Shown in pieces: positions 38,239 through 47,668 of a stretch of DNA of 64,000 nt. The stretch comes from a virus (taxonomy: Duplodnaviria; Caudoviricetes): IMG/VR virus record IMGVR_UViG_3300032330_000989, positions 1,410 to 65,409 of that record. One strand, given 5' to 3'. Every line of letters starts with the position of its first letter. Within the stretch, counting starts at the first letter, position 1. The notes under the pieces are model-generated. The model searched no databases and was not told the DNA's origin. It saw only the letters and a program-made list of their open reading frames with translations. A program made the translations under genes and the position numbers.

Positions 38239-39015
38239 TTGGATACATTAGAAGCATTGGCAGTAGCAGTAGCGGCTTATGAGCATAATGGCAATTCCTA
38301 TCTCAAAGAAAACAAGTACGAATATGATTACGAGCAGGATACTAATCAAAGTGCTATCAAAAGTGTAAAATGGTCTAATAGATCAATCCTCCGCAATTAC
38401 TATAATATTGATGTATATAGCATTGATGCTACTGAACTTGATCGTCCTCCACTATTAAAAGTTACAAAAGAGCATCGTGCTAAAGCTCAAGATATACGCA
38501 ACTTTACTAAGAAGCTATTGTTTAAGGCATTGGCTTATGATCATAAGGCTGAAGGATTTCCTCCTTTTGAAATTTCAATCTTCCAGAAGGTTAATCAAGA
38601 AGAAATCACAGTAAATGATTTTGGATTTATTGCTAGTGCTCCGTTGTATTACGATAAAGAATCATATGCTATTGAACTAGAGAAGCGTATGGCTAATAGC
38701 CAACACGTTGGTGCTATTGGTGGTAGGGTTTCTCTAATTGATTTTGAAGTTACAAGGGCTATCTGGAGCAATAATTATCAGACGACTATTGTACAGGGAT
38801 TGTGCGATGGCAATTTATATTTCTTCTTTTCTAATGCTACTGTTCCAGTAAAGCAAGGTGAGAAGATCGAGATCAATGGTAGGATCAAGAACCACGTTTT
38901 AGAAAAAGATAAGTATCCAATGACTAAGTTAAGTTATGTCAAGATAAAAGGAAAAATAGATGCGCCAAAGACAGATATCCCACAAACCAACAACTTCAGT
39001 GACATGTTCGGATAA
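38239..39015 (+). CDS. hypothetical protein with possible C-terminal OB fold
   Basis: TTG start with AGGAG; own TTGACA-17-TATACT promoter at 38183-38211. Confidence 0.7.
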   Translation: MDTLEALAVAVAAYEHNGNSYLKENKYEYDYEQDTNQSAIKSVKWSNRSILRNYYNIDVYSIDATELDRPPLLKVTKEHRAKAQDIRNFTKKLLFKALAYDHKAEGFPPFEISIFQKVNQEEITVNDFGFIASAPLYYDKESYAIELEKRMANSQHVGAIGGRVSLIDFEVTRAIWSNNYQTTIVQGLCDGNLYFFFSNATVPVKQGEKIEINGRIKNHVLEKDKYPMTKLSYVKIKGKIDAPKTDIPQTNNFSDMFG

Positions 39016-39025
39016 TGGAAAAAGT

Positions 39026-39202
39026 ATGATAGCAGAGGTTATCTCTTTTAATCCAAAGCAGAGATTAGTTGTCAGCATCGAACGTTCTATCAAGATGGAA
39101 ATGACTTACAATGCTAAAAGCAACTTATATATGGCTAAACAGTCTGGGTTAGAATTTGCTAGTTCAGGTCCTGAAATCATCGATCTAAATCGGATAAGGT
39201 AA
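39026..39202 (+). CDS. small hypothetical protein
   Basis: likely start ATG39026 within track ORF 38960..39202. Confidence 0.6.
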   Translation: MIAEVISFNPKQRLVVSIERSIKMEMTYNAKSNLYMAKQSGLEFASSGPEIIDLNRIR

Positions 39203-39645
39203 TGATACACCCACTACGTGATGACTTAATGGTCCAAGAACAGTTGCCTGGTACAGAAGAACATGTTCGTATCTGGCAACATATGGTAGCAGTTATTATG
39301 CTTAACCAAACAGGACGCAAACCTGTTAAGACAGTGTTTCCAATCTTTATGCACAAATGGCCAACACCGATGAGGTTTATGATGAGCCCACCTGAGGAAG
39401 TTAAAGAGATCATATGGCCATTAGGTATGGGAAATGTGCGTGAGAATCGCTTACGTAGGATGACCCAGGATCTAGTAACTTGGTGGAACTTTAACGACGC
39501 TACTGAGCTTTACGGTATTGGAAAATATGGCAGTGATAGTTACGAGATCTTCTTCAAACAGAATTACAGTGTTGAACCAACTGATAAAGAGCTAAAGAGA
39601 TATCTAGGACAGTTACAAGGAGTTACACATGACCTGGAAGCTTAG
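39202..39645 (+). CDS. HhH-GPD superfamily DNA glycosylase, MBD4-like
   Basis: VIMLNQT, KWPTP, LYGIGKYGSDSY. Confidence 0.85.
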   Translation: MIHPLRDDLMVQEQLPGTEEHVRIWQHMVAVIMLNQTGRKPVKTVFPIFMHKWPTPMRFMMSPPEEVKEIIWPLGMGNVRENRLRRMTQDLVTWWNFNDATELYGIGKYGSDSYEIFFKQNYSVEPTDKELKRYLGQLQGVTHDLEA

Positions 39646-40372
39646 TACACAAGAAAAGAAATCCTGTACACAGATTGAATATTTCGAGAAGGGAGAACTA
39701 ACTGCCCAACGAGAAATTGGCTGGCGCTGGTGCTGGGCACGATATGAAGAGAAACCTGATCTTAGCAACTACAATCCAGATAAAGATCAAATCGAACTCT
39801 ATGATCTAGGTGACGTTATAGATATGGAGCAGGATGATGGATGCTGGGAAGATTGGACTTGGCCTGATGATGTAGACGAGGAAGAAGTTGATCGCCTAAG
39901 TGAAATCTACGAAGAAGAAGGCGACGAAGGTCTTGAGAACGAAGGATGGGTTCTAAGAGATACAGAATATTGGGTTAGTGGTCCTCTAGAACTAGAGCAG
40001 GAAATATCTTGGTATGTTGATAGTGAAACTCCACTAGTTGTAGTTGAGCATTGGACCAAGGATGACCAGATCGTAGAACAGAGGTTGACTTATGCTAAAA
40101 CTCATGTAGTATTTGATAGTGAGCCTGACTTCGTAGGCTATGATCCCGAAGACCAGATGGAAGTACTATCGTTAAATATTCCAACTGGTAGTTATAAAGA
40201 TGCTGATATAGTTAGTGAGGAATGGGAATTTCCCGAGGACATGCCCAAGAAGGAACAGAATTGGTTCAAGAAATATAATTGGGATAAATGGGGTAAGAAC
40301 GGCTGGCATATGCAGAATAGGCAAGTCTGGATTACTGGTGAAATTGAATTAACAAAGGATGAGGAAGAGTAA
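39629..40372 (+). CDS. acidic Trp-rich hypothetical protein with internal duplication
   Basis: two similar halves, each ending W-x-x-G-x-x-EL. Confidence 0.7.
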   Translation: MTWKLSTQEKKSCTQIEYFEKGELTAQREIGWRWCWARYEEKPDLSNYNPDKDQIELYDLGDVIDMEQDDGCWEDWTWPDDVDEEEVDRLSEIYEEEGDEGLENEGWVLRDTEYWVSGPLELEQEISWYVDSETPLVVVEHWTKDDQIVEQRLTYAKTHVVFDSEPDFVGYDPEDQMEVLSLNIPTGSYKDADIVSEEWEFPEDMPKKEQNWFKKYNWDKWGKNGWHMQNRQVWITGEIELTKDEEE

Positions 40373-40977
40373 TGGCAAATTTGGTACCTATTGTAGTTGA
40401 AAAAGAAGCTAACGGCGAACGTAGCTATGATATCTTTAGTCGACTACTAAAGGATCGTATTATTATGCTTGAAGGGCAAGTACATGATCAGATGAGTGGG
40501 CTTATCGCTGCCCAGTTGCTGTTCCTAGAAAGCCAAAATCCCAGCAAGGATATCTATCTATACATTAACAGTCCTGGCGGATCAGTAACAGCAGGTATGG
40601 CTATCTACGATACGATGCAGTTTGTTAAGCCAGACATCGTTACTATCGTTATGGGGCAGGCTTGCTCTATGGGAAGTCTACTTGCTACAGCAGGTGCTCC
40701 TAACAAGCGATTCATCCTCCCACATGCTAGACATATGATCCATCAACCTAGTGGTGGTGCGAGTGGGCAGGCTACAGATATCTTGATCCAGGCTGCTGAG
40801 ATTGAAAAGATGAAGCACTATCTAACACAGATCTACGTTAAGCATAACAGTAGAGGAAATGACTACAATACTTTCCATAGAGATATGGAACGTGATAGAT
40901 TTATGAGCGCACAAGAAGCAGTTGCTTATGGGCTTGCTGATCGTGTGATTGAAAAGCGAGAAGACGCAGGAGAATAA
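40372..40977 (+). CDS. clpP: ATP-dependent Clp protease proteolytic subunit
   Basis: [37 protein letters not shown]. Confidence 0.97.
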   Translation: MANLVPIVVEKEANGERSYDIFSRLLKDRIIMLEGQVHDQMSGLIAAQLLFLESQNPSKDIYLYINSPGGSVTAGMAIYDTMQFVKPDIVTIVMGQACSMGSLLATAGAPNKRFILPHARHMIHQPSGGASGQATDILIQAAEIEKMKHYLTQIYVKHNSRGNDYNTFHRDMERDRFMSAQEAVAYGLADRVIEKREDAGE

Positions 40978-41545
40978 TTTGAAAATTTTTATCGGTCGAT
41001 ATCCTAGTAGTGCGATTCTAAAGCGTGATCCAGACGCAGTACAGAAGAAGAGCATCCGTATCGACCGACAGGATACTTGGAACATGGCTGAAACATTGGG
41101 AGAGATCATCCTCCCAATGTTAAAGCAACTCCGTGAAACAAAGCATGGCAGTCCAGGTGGGATGAAAGGGTTCCAAGAGGATTCTAATCATCACTGGCCG
41201 CAGGCATCATTTGACTTCTACAAGGAAGATGATAAAAAGGCAAATGATCTAGGTCATAAGCAGTGGGAAGAGATCATGGACAAGATGGTCTGGAGTTTTG
41301 AACAGATCTGTATGGAAGATCGTGATAGTCAATTCCATACTGGTAAGCATGATATCATCTGGACTAAAGTAGATGTGCTAGGCAACGAAGTAGATAGCAC
41401 ATATACAGGTGAGATTTATTATCGCATGGATAAGGGTCCACTAAATACACATGCGTTCGATAAGGATGCTTATACAAAATATTACGAGAAAATCCAAGAA
41501 GGTCTAAATCTTTTTGGAGAACATTATATGGGATTATGGGATTAA
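40949..41545 (+). CDS. hypothetical phage protein (start possibly TTG 40979)
   Basis: GGAG upstream of TTG; [14 protein letters not shown] tail. Confidence 0.7.
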   Translation: MKSEKTQENNLKIFIGRYPSSAILKRDPDAVQKKSIRIDRQDTWNMAETLGEIILPMLKQLRETKHGSPGGMKGFQEDSNHHWPQASFDFYKEDDKKANDLGHKQWEEIMDKMVWSFEQICMEDRDSQFHTGKHDIIWTKVDVLGNEVDSTYTGEIYYRMDKGPLNTHAFDKDAYTKYYEKIQEGLNLFGEHYMGLWD

Positions 41546-41595
41546 CTCAGATTGACATCCCTGAGAAGATATAGTAGTATAAGTAATATTGAGAC

Positions 41596-41669
41596 GCGGG
41601 GTTGGCATATGGGTTGTGCATCAGCCTTCCAAGCTGAAGAAACGAGTTCGAATCTCGTACCCCGCTCCA
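41596..41669 (+). tRNA. tRNA-Gly(UCC)
   Basis: TCAGC-CTTCCAA-GCTGA, U73, CCA. Confidence 0.95.
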
Positions 41670-41681
41670 AAGCTTAAATAA

Positions 41682-42881
41682 GTGATGCTAAACACTCAGC
41701 CATTTGAAGCAGTGATACAGTCACTTAAAGATCAAGGAAAATACAGAGTCTTTAACGACATCATGCGTGAGCGTGGTGATTTTCCCTATGCGATGTGGTA
41801 TGGACCCTACGGTGTTAAAAAGGTCGTGAATTGGTGCTCTAACGATTATCTTGGAATGGGTCAGCATAAAGTAGTCATTGATGCTATGAGAACAGCACTA
41901 GATGCTACAGGAGCAGGAAGTGGCGGCACACGCAACATCAGTGGAACTTCTCACTATCATGTAGCACTAGAGCTAGAGTTAGCCCGCCTGCATGATAAAG
42001 AACGTTCATTAGTGTTCTCTTCAGCATACGTGGCTAACGAATGGAGCCTAATAGCACTTAAAAAGATCATTCCGGACATAATATACGTCAGTGATAGCAA
42101 GAATCATGCCAGTATGATAGAAGGGATGCGACATAGCGGCGCTAAAAGACTGATTTATCAGCATAACGATCTAGATCATTTGGAGTCTTTGCTTAAAGAG
42201 TGCTATGTTGGAACACCTTGTATAGTATTTGAAAGCGTTTATTCAATGGATGGGTCTATTTCTAAGATGAAGGAGATATGCGACCTAGCAGATCGATTCG
42301 GGGCTATAACATATCTAGACGAAGTCCATGCTGTTGGGCTCTATGGAGAGCATGGCGGTGGATATAGTGAACTGCTAGGACTACGAGATCGGATCGATAT
42401 TATAAATGGAACACTAGGCAAAGCATTCGGAGTCACTGGTGGATACATCGCTAGTGATGATGTTGTTATAGATGCTATCCGCAGCATAGCCAGTGGATTC
42501 ATATTTACTACTAGTTTGAGTCCTGTTATCTGTAGTGGAGCACTTGCTGCTGTTAAGTATCTCAAAGATCACAATGAATTAAGAGTCCAACATCAAGATC
42601 GAGCCCGTAAACTAAAGTTTGATCTACTAAACGCAGGATTACCTGTCATGATGAATGACACCCATATCGTTCCAGTTCTAGTGGGCGATGCTACGGTCTG
42701 TAAATATATAAGTAGTGTGCTAATAGAAGAGAAAGACATTTATTGCCAACCAATAAATTATCCAACTGTTCCAATCGGCACTGAGAGGTTGAGGTTCGCT
42801 CCAACACCATTACACACAGACGGAATGATTGAAGAACTAGTTTCTGCTTTAACAGATATAATGTTGACAAAGAAACTGTGA
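41682..42881 (+). CDS. hemA: 5-aminolevulinate synthase
   Basis: [42 protein letters not shown]. Confidence 0.95.
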   Translation: MMLNTQPFEAVIQSLKDQGKYRVFNDIMRERGDFPYAMWYGPYGVKKVVNWCSNDYLGMGQHKVVIDAMRTALDATGAGSGGTRNISGTSHYHVALELELARLHDKERSLVFSSAYVANEWSLIALKKIIPDIIYVSDSKNHASMIEGMRHSGAKRLIYQHNDLDHLESLLKECYVGTPCIVFESVYSMDGSISKMKEICDLADRFGAITYLDEVHAVGLYGEHGGGYSELLGLRDRIDIINGTLGKAFGVTGGYIASDDVVIDAIRSIASGFIFTTSLSPVICSGALAAVKYLKDHNELRVQHQDRARKLKFDLLNAGLPVMMNDTHIVPVLVGDATVCKYISSVLIEEKDIYCQPINYPTVPIGTERLRFAPTPLHTDGMIEELVSALTDIMLTKKL

Positions 42882-42903
42882 GACTATATATTAATAATAA
42901 CAC

Positions 42904-42993
42904 GGAAGGTTGGCCGAGAGGCTTAAGGCAACGGTTTGCTAAATCGTCGTACCCTAAAGGGTACCGTGAGTTCGAATCTCACACCTTCCGCCA
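42904..42993 (+). tRNA. tRNA-Ser(GCU)
   Basis: long variable arm, loop TTGCTAA, CCA. Confidence 0.95.
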
Positions 42994-43001
42994 CTACTAT
43001 T

Positions 43002-43169
43002 ATGGGTCGCATGATTAGGATTTGGAGACTTTGGGCTAAAGCACTAGGCGAAAAGTCCGGAAAAACGGATAAAGAAGCAGATGAAATCGCTTGCATACGT
43101 ACAGTGATTGTGTTATGTTACGTAATAACAAATATTTTTATCGTAGCAGGCGTTATCCGACATTGGTAA
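43002..43169 (+). CDS. small membrane protein
   Basis: WRLWAKALGEK...hydrophobic tail; the track extension lies inside tRNA-Ser. Confidence 0.7.
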   Translation: MGRMIRIWRLWAKALGEKSGKTDKEADEIACIRTVIVLCYVITNIFIVAGVIRHW

Positions 43170-43177
43170 AACACAGG

Positions 43178-43206
43178 TTGACAGGTTTGTCTTTCTCGTG
43201 TATAAA
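43178..43206 (+). promoter_or_regulatory. sigma70-type promoter upstream of the tRNA array
   Basis: TTGACA-17-TATAAA. Confidence 0.85.
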
Positions 43207-43228
43207 TAAAAGACAATAAGGAATACAC

Positions 43229-43303
43229 ATGTTCAAGCATAAGCAGACTCAATATATTATGAATTGCTGGTATGAAGATACCGGACGGGTTCTTATGCGG
43301 TGA
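43229..43303 (+). CDS. 24-aa putative leader peptide MFKHKQTQYIMNCWYEDTGRVLMR
   Basis: TAAGGA RBS; lies between promoter and terminator. Confidence 0.6.
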   Translation: MFKHKQTQYIMNCWYEDTGRVLMR

Positions 43304-43326
43304 TGTGAATCACATATTGTATAAGC

Positions 43327-43357
43327 AACCCTGGAACTAGAAAGTCCGGGGTTTTTT
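43327..43357 (+). terminator. intrinsic terminator, putative attenuator
   Basis: ACCCTGGA/TCCGGGGT stem plus T tract. Confidence 0.8.
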
Positions 43358-43377
43358 GTTGGTAAAGGAGGAAACAA

Positions 43378-43536
43378 ATGAAGTGGCCTAAATTACTCAA
43401 TGAAATGTATCAGGCTTGTTTAGCCCGTGATACTATTAAAGAGAAGGAACTGTTTATGAAGGCGTTGAAAAAGAATATCAAGGCTCGAAATAAACACAAG
43501 AAAGTCACAGTGCCGCAAGTAACGGTGCGTGGTTAA
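43378..43536 (+). CDS. 52-aa basic hypothetical protein (not in ORF track)
   Basis: strong AAGGAGG RBS. Confidence 0.65.
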   Translation: MKWPKLLNEMYQACLARDTIKEKELFMKALKKNIKARNKHKKVTVPQVTVRG

Positions 43537-43649
43537 AAGTATGTAAGCAGGCTGCTGCTCCCTAAGTATAAGAGCAGCCCTCGACCGGTACGTGGATCCG
43601 TATGGACGTACAAGTGGTTTCCGGCGAGGAGTATATTTGGAAAGAATAT

Positions 43650-43724
43650 GGAGCGTTCGTCTATCGGTTAGGACGGTGGCCTTTCACGCCGCAAAGAGGG
43701 GTTCGATTCCCCTACGCTCTACCA
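43650..43724 (+). tRNA. tRNA-Glu(UUC)
   Basis: loop CTTTCAC, CCA. Confidence 0.95.
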
Positions 43725-43727
43725 AAT

Positions 43728-43801
43728 ACCGACGTGATGTAGTGGTAACATGACGGTCTCCAAAACCGTTCTCCTGGGTTCAAATCCTAGCGTCGGTGCC
43801 A
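43728..43801 (+). tRNA. tRNA-Trp(CCA)
   Basis: ACGGT-CTCCAAA-ACCGT, CCA. Confidence 0.95.
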
Positions 43802-43819
43802 TCCATATATGATATATAC

Positions 43820-44515
43820 ATGATGATTAGTGTTGTTTCACCCACAATGTGGCTATATCAGCCATACTTAGATTTCCTCAAATCAATCGTAAGATTAGAT
43901 GTCATTAAAGAAATTGTCATTATTGACAATGCTCCTGATAAAAAACCAAATGATGAAATTTTAAATCATGAAAAGATTAAAGTTATCACATTTGGAAAAA
44001 ATATCTTCATAAATCCAGCATGGAACGAAGGTGTTCGGATCTGTGAATCAGATATAATCTGTATATTGAATGATGACATACATTTTGATTTACGTTTGTT
44101 CTTTAAAGTAGATGAGTTCTTTAAACCTGAGATAGGAGCTGTAGGTCTTTCATCAGGTATAGTAGCATATGGTCAAACTCCATTAACAAATGGTATGATA
44201 GATTTTGAACCATTTATTGGACAGAATTGCGAAGGTTTTGGCGAATTAATGTTTGTTCGAAAGAGCAATTGGTGTGATATACCTGAGGGCTTATATCTAG
44301 GTTACGGTGATAATTTTATATTTGATTATCATCATTTCAAAGGACTAAAGAATTACTTTATTACTAACACATGGCACTATCATGCAGGAAGTTTTACTCA
44401 ACGTCAATTAACTTTGGATAAGCAATCTCTTTACGAAAAAGAAACGGCTATTTACAGTCAAGTAAAAGCAAAACTATACGATAGAACATTTTATTTGACA
44501 AATGATAAGAATTGA
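43820..44515 (+). CDS. glycosyltransferase family 2
   Basis: ISVVSPT, IIIDN, NPAWNEG, ILNDD, YGD. Confidence 0.85.
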   Translation: MMISVVSPTMWLYQPYLDFLKSIVRLDVIKEIVIIDNAPDKKPNDEILNHEKIKVITFGKNIFINPAWNEGVRICESDIICILNDDIHFDLRLFFKVDEFFKPEIGAVGLSSGIVAYGQTPLTNGMIDFEPFIGQNCEGFGELMFVRKSNWCDIPEGLYLGYGDNFIFDYHHFKGLKNYFITNTWHYHAGSFTQRQLTLDKQSLYEKETAIYSQVKAKLYDRTFYLTNDKN

Positions 44516-44544
44516 TATATAATAGTAATAATAATAATGGTTAA

Positions 44545-44620
44545 GCCGCTTTAGCTCATTTGGCAGAGCAAATCACTAGTAATGATTAGGTGGTCAGTTC
44601 GAATCCGACAAGCGGCACCA
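44545..44620 (+). tRNA. tRNA-Thr(AGU)
   Basis: AATCA-CTAGTAA-TGATT, GCCG acceptor, CCA. Confidence 0.92.
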
Positions 44621-44626
44621 TTACTA

Positions 44627-44947
44627 TTAAATCATGTTATGTTTGAGAAGTGTCTTTAATATAGGATCCTCACCATAACGCATAATAACATATTGTACTT
44701 CTAGTATTAGATCCTTAACTGGAACATCAAACCATTCTCCACTAGTGCGTAAGTGTTTGAGATTACGATGTATAACTGTTTCTAACAGTTTAGTTTTAGT
44801 GACACAAGTTTCTGTTAGTGAATGTATACGTATTGGATAGGGATGTCCAGTTTGTAGATTTTTAAGACGTTTGTTTGGATCTTTGCTGATCCCTACTTTG
44901 AAGGGCGGTTCGTCTCCGCCGATCACATAGATGTAACTGTGTGTCAT
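44627..44947 (-). CDS. GIY-YIG/T5orf172-like nuclease
   Basis: YIYVI...FKVGISKDPNKRLKNLQTG...GEWF. Confidence 0.85.
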   Translation of the reverse strand: MTHSYIYVIGGDEPPFKVGISKDPNKRLKNLQTGHPYPIRIHSLTETCVTKTKLLETVIHRNLKHLRTSGEWFDVPVKDLILEVQYVIMRYGEDPILKTLLKHNMI

Positions 44948-44958
44948 GAGAGTATTTA

Positions 44959-45032
44959 TGGCTTGTAGCTCAACGGTAGAGCATACGACTGATAATCGTA
45001 CGACGAAAGTTCAACTCTTTCCAAGCCAACCA
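44959..45032 (+). tRNA. tRNA-Ile(GAU)
   Basis: TACGA-CTGATAA-TCGTA, CCA. Confidence 0.92.
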
Positions 45033-45035
45033 ATT

Positions 45036-45111
45036 GGAGCCATAGCAAAACGGCTAATGCGAAGGACTGCAAATCCTTAAGGTCTCAGTTCGAATCTGAG
45101 TGGCTCCTCCA
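45036..45111 (+). tRNA. tRNA-Cys(GCA)
   Basis: AAGGA-CTGCAAA-TCCTT, U73, CCA. Confidence 0.95.
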
Positions 45112-45115
45112 ATAT

Positions 45116-45198
45116 GGGCAAACGTGAGGGGAATGGCTAACAGCTGGGGGCCCGCAAGGGGGCTGTTAGAACGGGTTCAAGTCCCGGTTTGTCCACCA
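45116..45198 (+). ncRNA. tRNA-like RNA without anticodon loop, G3:U70
   Basis: GGGCAAAC/GTTTGTCC-A-CCA, CGGG-TTCAAGT-CCCG, long hairpin capped by GCAA. Confidence 0.75.
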
Positions 45199-45203
45199 AC
45201 TAT

Positions 45204-45278
45204 TGGGGAATAGTTAAATCGGTATAACAGAGGATTCTGACTCCTCTATTCGTGGTTCGAGTCCATGTTCCCCAGCCA
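45204..45278 (+). tRNA. tRNA-Gln(CUG)
   Basis: U1-A72, loop TTCTGAC, G73, CCA. Confidence 0.95.
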
Positions 45279-45283
45279 AACAT

Positions 45284-45360
45284 GCCGGTAGGGCGGTTGT
45301 GGCAATCGCGCTAGTCTCATACACTAGTCCAAGATGTTTCGAGTACATCTACCGGCACCA
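45284..45360 (+). tRNA. tRNA-CAU (Met or Ile2)
   Basis: CTAGT-CTCATAC-ACTAG, CCA. Confidence 0.88.
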
Positions 45361-45365
45361 TATAC

Positions 45366-45441
45366 GGACCGTTAGCTCAGATGGTAGAGCAGGTGACTCT
45401 TAATCACTTTGTCGGGGGTTCGAATCCCTCACGGTCTACCA
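45366..45441 (+). tRNA. tRNA-Lys(CUU)
   Basis: loop CTCTTAA, CCA. Confidence 0.95.
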
Positions 45442-45461
45442 TAGACTATATTAAATATAGG

Positions 45462-46562
45462 ATGATTAACAAATCTTTATGTTCTTATCCGTGGGTTGGC
45501 TCAACTATTCGCCCAAATGGACAATTAGTGCCCTGTTGTCGATATAACCATTCTTACGATAATAATAGAGATGCTACAGTTGATAGTACAGACCCAAGAA
45601 GTTCTAAACATTGGATAGAATTACGGCAGAAGATGTTAGCCGGAGAAAAAATATCAAATTGTGATAGATGTTATAAAGACGAAGAAAGCGGAATGGAAAG
45701 TATGAGACAATTCAGTCTCAAACATTATACTCCTAAAAATGAAAATCTAGATTCTTTGTTACAATTAGAAGTAGCTTTTAACAATCTTTGTAATCTTGCG
45801 TGTGTACATTGTAGCAGTTATTCATCTTCTAAATGGTATAATGAAGATTATAAAAAAGGTAAAATAGGAAAGATAGGAATTTTAGAAAATAATTTTTCTA
45901 TCGAAACATTAGACCTAAGCCAATTACAACATCTTAAAATAATTGGCGGAGAACCATTAATGGCGCAGGAAAAATTTATTAATTTATTAAAAAGAATTGA
46001 TCTTTCAAAATTAAATATCCTAATTATTAGCAATGGAACTATTCTTCCAAATAATGAATTAAGGATATTATTAGAAAATAGCAAACATTTATCTATTAAT
46101 ATAAGTTTAGATGGATTATATTCAGTAAATGATTGGTTTAGATGGCCAAGTAAATTTAATCAGATAATTGAAAATTTACAAGTATATGATAACTGGTTTA
46201 AAAAAAATTCAAATGTAACATTAAAAATACATTGTGTTATTAACGCAATTAATGTTTTATATTTGAAAGAATTTGTCTCATACATAAAAATTAATTTCCC
46301 AAATTGGGAATTTAGTTGGGATTGGTTAACAGATCCTAGTTGGCAATCGGTATCAATTTTACCAAGTCTTACAAAAGAAATATTAATTGAGGAATTTAAA
46401 GACTTAGAATTAAATCCTTTTAAAATAACCATAGATAGATTTAATGACGCTAATAATAGCGATTGGAATGATTTTAAAAAAAATGTTTTAATCTTATCTA
46501 ATGACCGAAACTTAGATTTTTTTAAAATGTTAAGTAAATTTAAAACAGTTTGGGAACAATAA
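45462..46562 (+). CDS. radical SAM protein with N-terminal twitch/SPASM-like domain
   Basis: CSYPW...PCC...C..C; CNLACVHC; GGEPL. Confidence 0.9.
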   Translation: MINKSLCSYPWVGSTIRPNGQLVPCCRYNHSYDNNRDATVDSTDPRSSKHWIELRQKMLAGEKISNCDRCYKDEESGMESMRQFSLKHYTPKNENLDSLLQLEVAFNNLCNLACVHCSSYSSSKWYNEDYKKGKIGKIGILENNFSIETLDLSQLQHLKIIGGEPLMAQEKFINLLKRIDLSKLNILIISNGTILPNNELRILLENSKHLSINISLDGLYSVNDWFRWPSKFNQIIENLQVYDNWFKKNSNVTLKIHCVINAINVLYLKEFVSYIKINFPNWEFSWDWLTDPSWQSVSILPSLTKEILIEEFKDLELNPFKITIDRFNDANNSDWNDFKKNVLILSNDRNLDFFKMLSKFKTVWEQ

Positions 46563-46565
46563 AAA

Positions 46566-47666
46566 ATGAATATGTATAAATCAATAGAACCACAATGTAA
46601 TCAAATGAACTCATTTCAAATTACTTGGGAGGTTACATTAAAATGTAATTTAGATTGTTCTTATTGTGGAGTTAATGATCATAATAATGCAATACCACAT
46701 CCTAATTTAACAGATTGTTTTAAAACTATTGATTTTTTATTAGAATATGTTGATATATATATGTCACAGAGATTGCATAAGCACAGGTATGTTGGATTAA
46801 ATGTATTTGGTGGAGAAAGTTTGTTTCATCCCAATATTGTTGAAATACTTGAGTATATTAAGAAAAAACATGAACTATATAAAGACAAATGGAATCTAAG
46901 TGTTCAAACTGTTACAAATGCTGTTGTTAAAGAAAAGATATGGAATAAAATAATCAATCTTGTTGATTTTTTTACGGTTAGTTATCATTCAGAGAGCACA
47001 GAAGAACAACAAGAATTAGTACGTAATAACATACTCGAACTAATGAAAAAAAACAAACACTTTCATTGTGCTATATTAATGCATACTAAACATTGGGATA
47101 ATTGCATAAAAATGATTGAATGGTGTAAATTAAATAATGTACCATATTTGCCTAGACAATTAGATCATCAATGGCATAATTTTAAATTTTATTATACAAA
47201 AGAACAAGTTCAATGGTGGGACGAATTACGTGGAATAACTACAAAAATACCAATACATAAAAAAATAATGTCCATAGTAAATATGGATTCAAAAGGTAGA
47301 AGCTGCTGTGGCGGAAATCAAATGCATGTTAACGGTGATTATGAATCTACCCAAACTTATATTCCTAACAATAATTTTAAAGGTTGGCACTGTTCAGTAA
47401 ACCGATTCTTTGTATTTGTTAAACAAGTAAGTGGTGAAATATTCACTAATAAAGATTGTAAAATGGGGTTTAATGGAAAAGTAGAACCAATAGGAAATCT
47501 TAATAATACTGAGACTTTCCTTTCAGAACTAAGAAATAATATTAAAAATAATACATTACCTATAATAATTTGTCAAAAATCTCAATGTAAATGTGGATTA
47601 TGTGCTCCTAAAGCTTCCTCAAAATTAGAATACGATAAAATAATGGAAAAACATATTCTACCTTAA
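46566..47666 (+). CDS. radical SAM protein
   Basis: CNLDCSYC, FGGESL, C-terminal GWHC and C...CKCGLC. Confidence 0.9.
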   Translation: MNMYKSIEPQCNQMNSFQITWEVTLKCNLDCSYCGVNDHNNAIPHPNLTDCFKTIDFLLEYVDIYMSQRLHKHRYVGLNVFGGESLFHPNIVEILEYIKKKHELYKDKWNLSVQTVTNAVVKEKIWNKIINLVDFFTVSYHSESTEEQQELVRNNILELMKKNKHFHCAILMHTKHWDNCIKMIEWCKLNNVPYLPRQLDHQWHNFKFYYTKEQVQWWDELRGITTKIPIHKKIMSIVNMDSKGRSCCGGNQMHVNGDYESTQTYIPNNNFKGWHCSVNRFFVFVKQVSGEIFTNKDCKMGFNGKVEPIGNLNNTETFLSELRNNIKNNTLPIIICQKSQCKCGLCAPKASSKLEYDKIMEKHILP

Positions 47667-47668
47667 TA

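Noticed and set aside
37408-39015. Amber read-through fusing two in-frame ORFs across TAG 38227-38229
   Set aside because: The downstream ORF has its own TTGACA-17-TATACT promoter and AGGAG RBS. Low-level fusion is not excluded.
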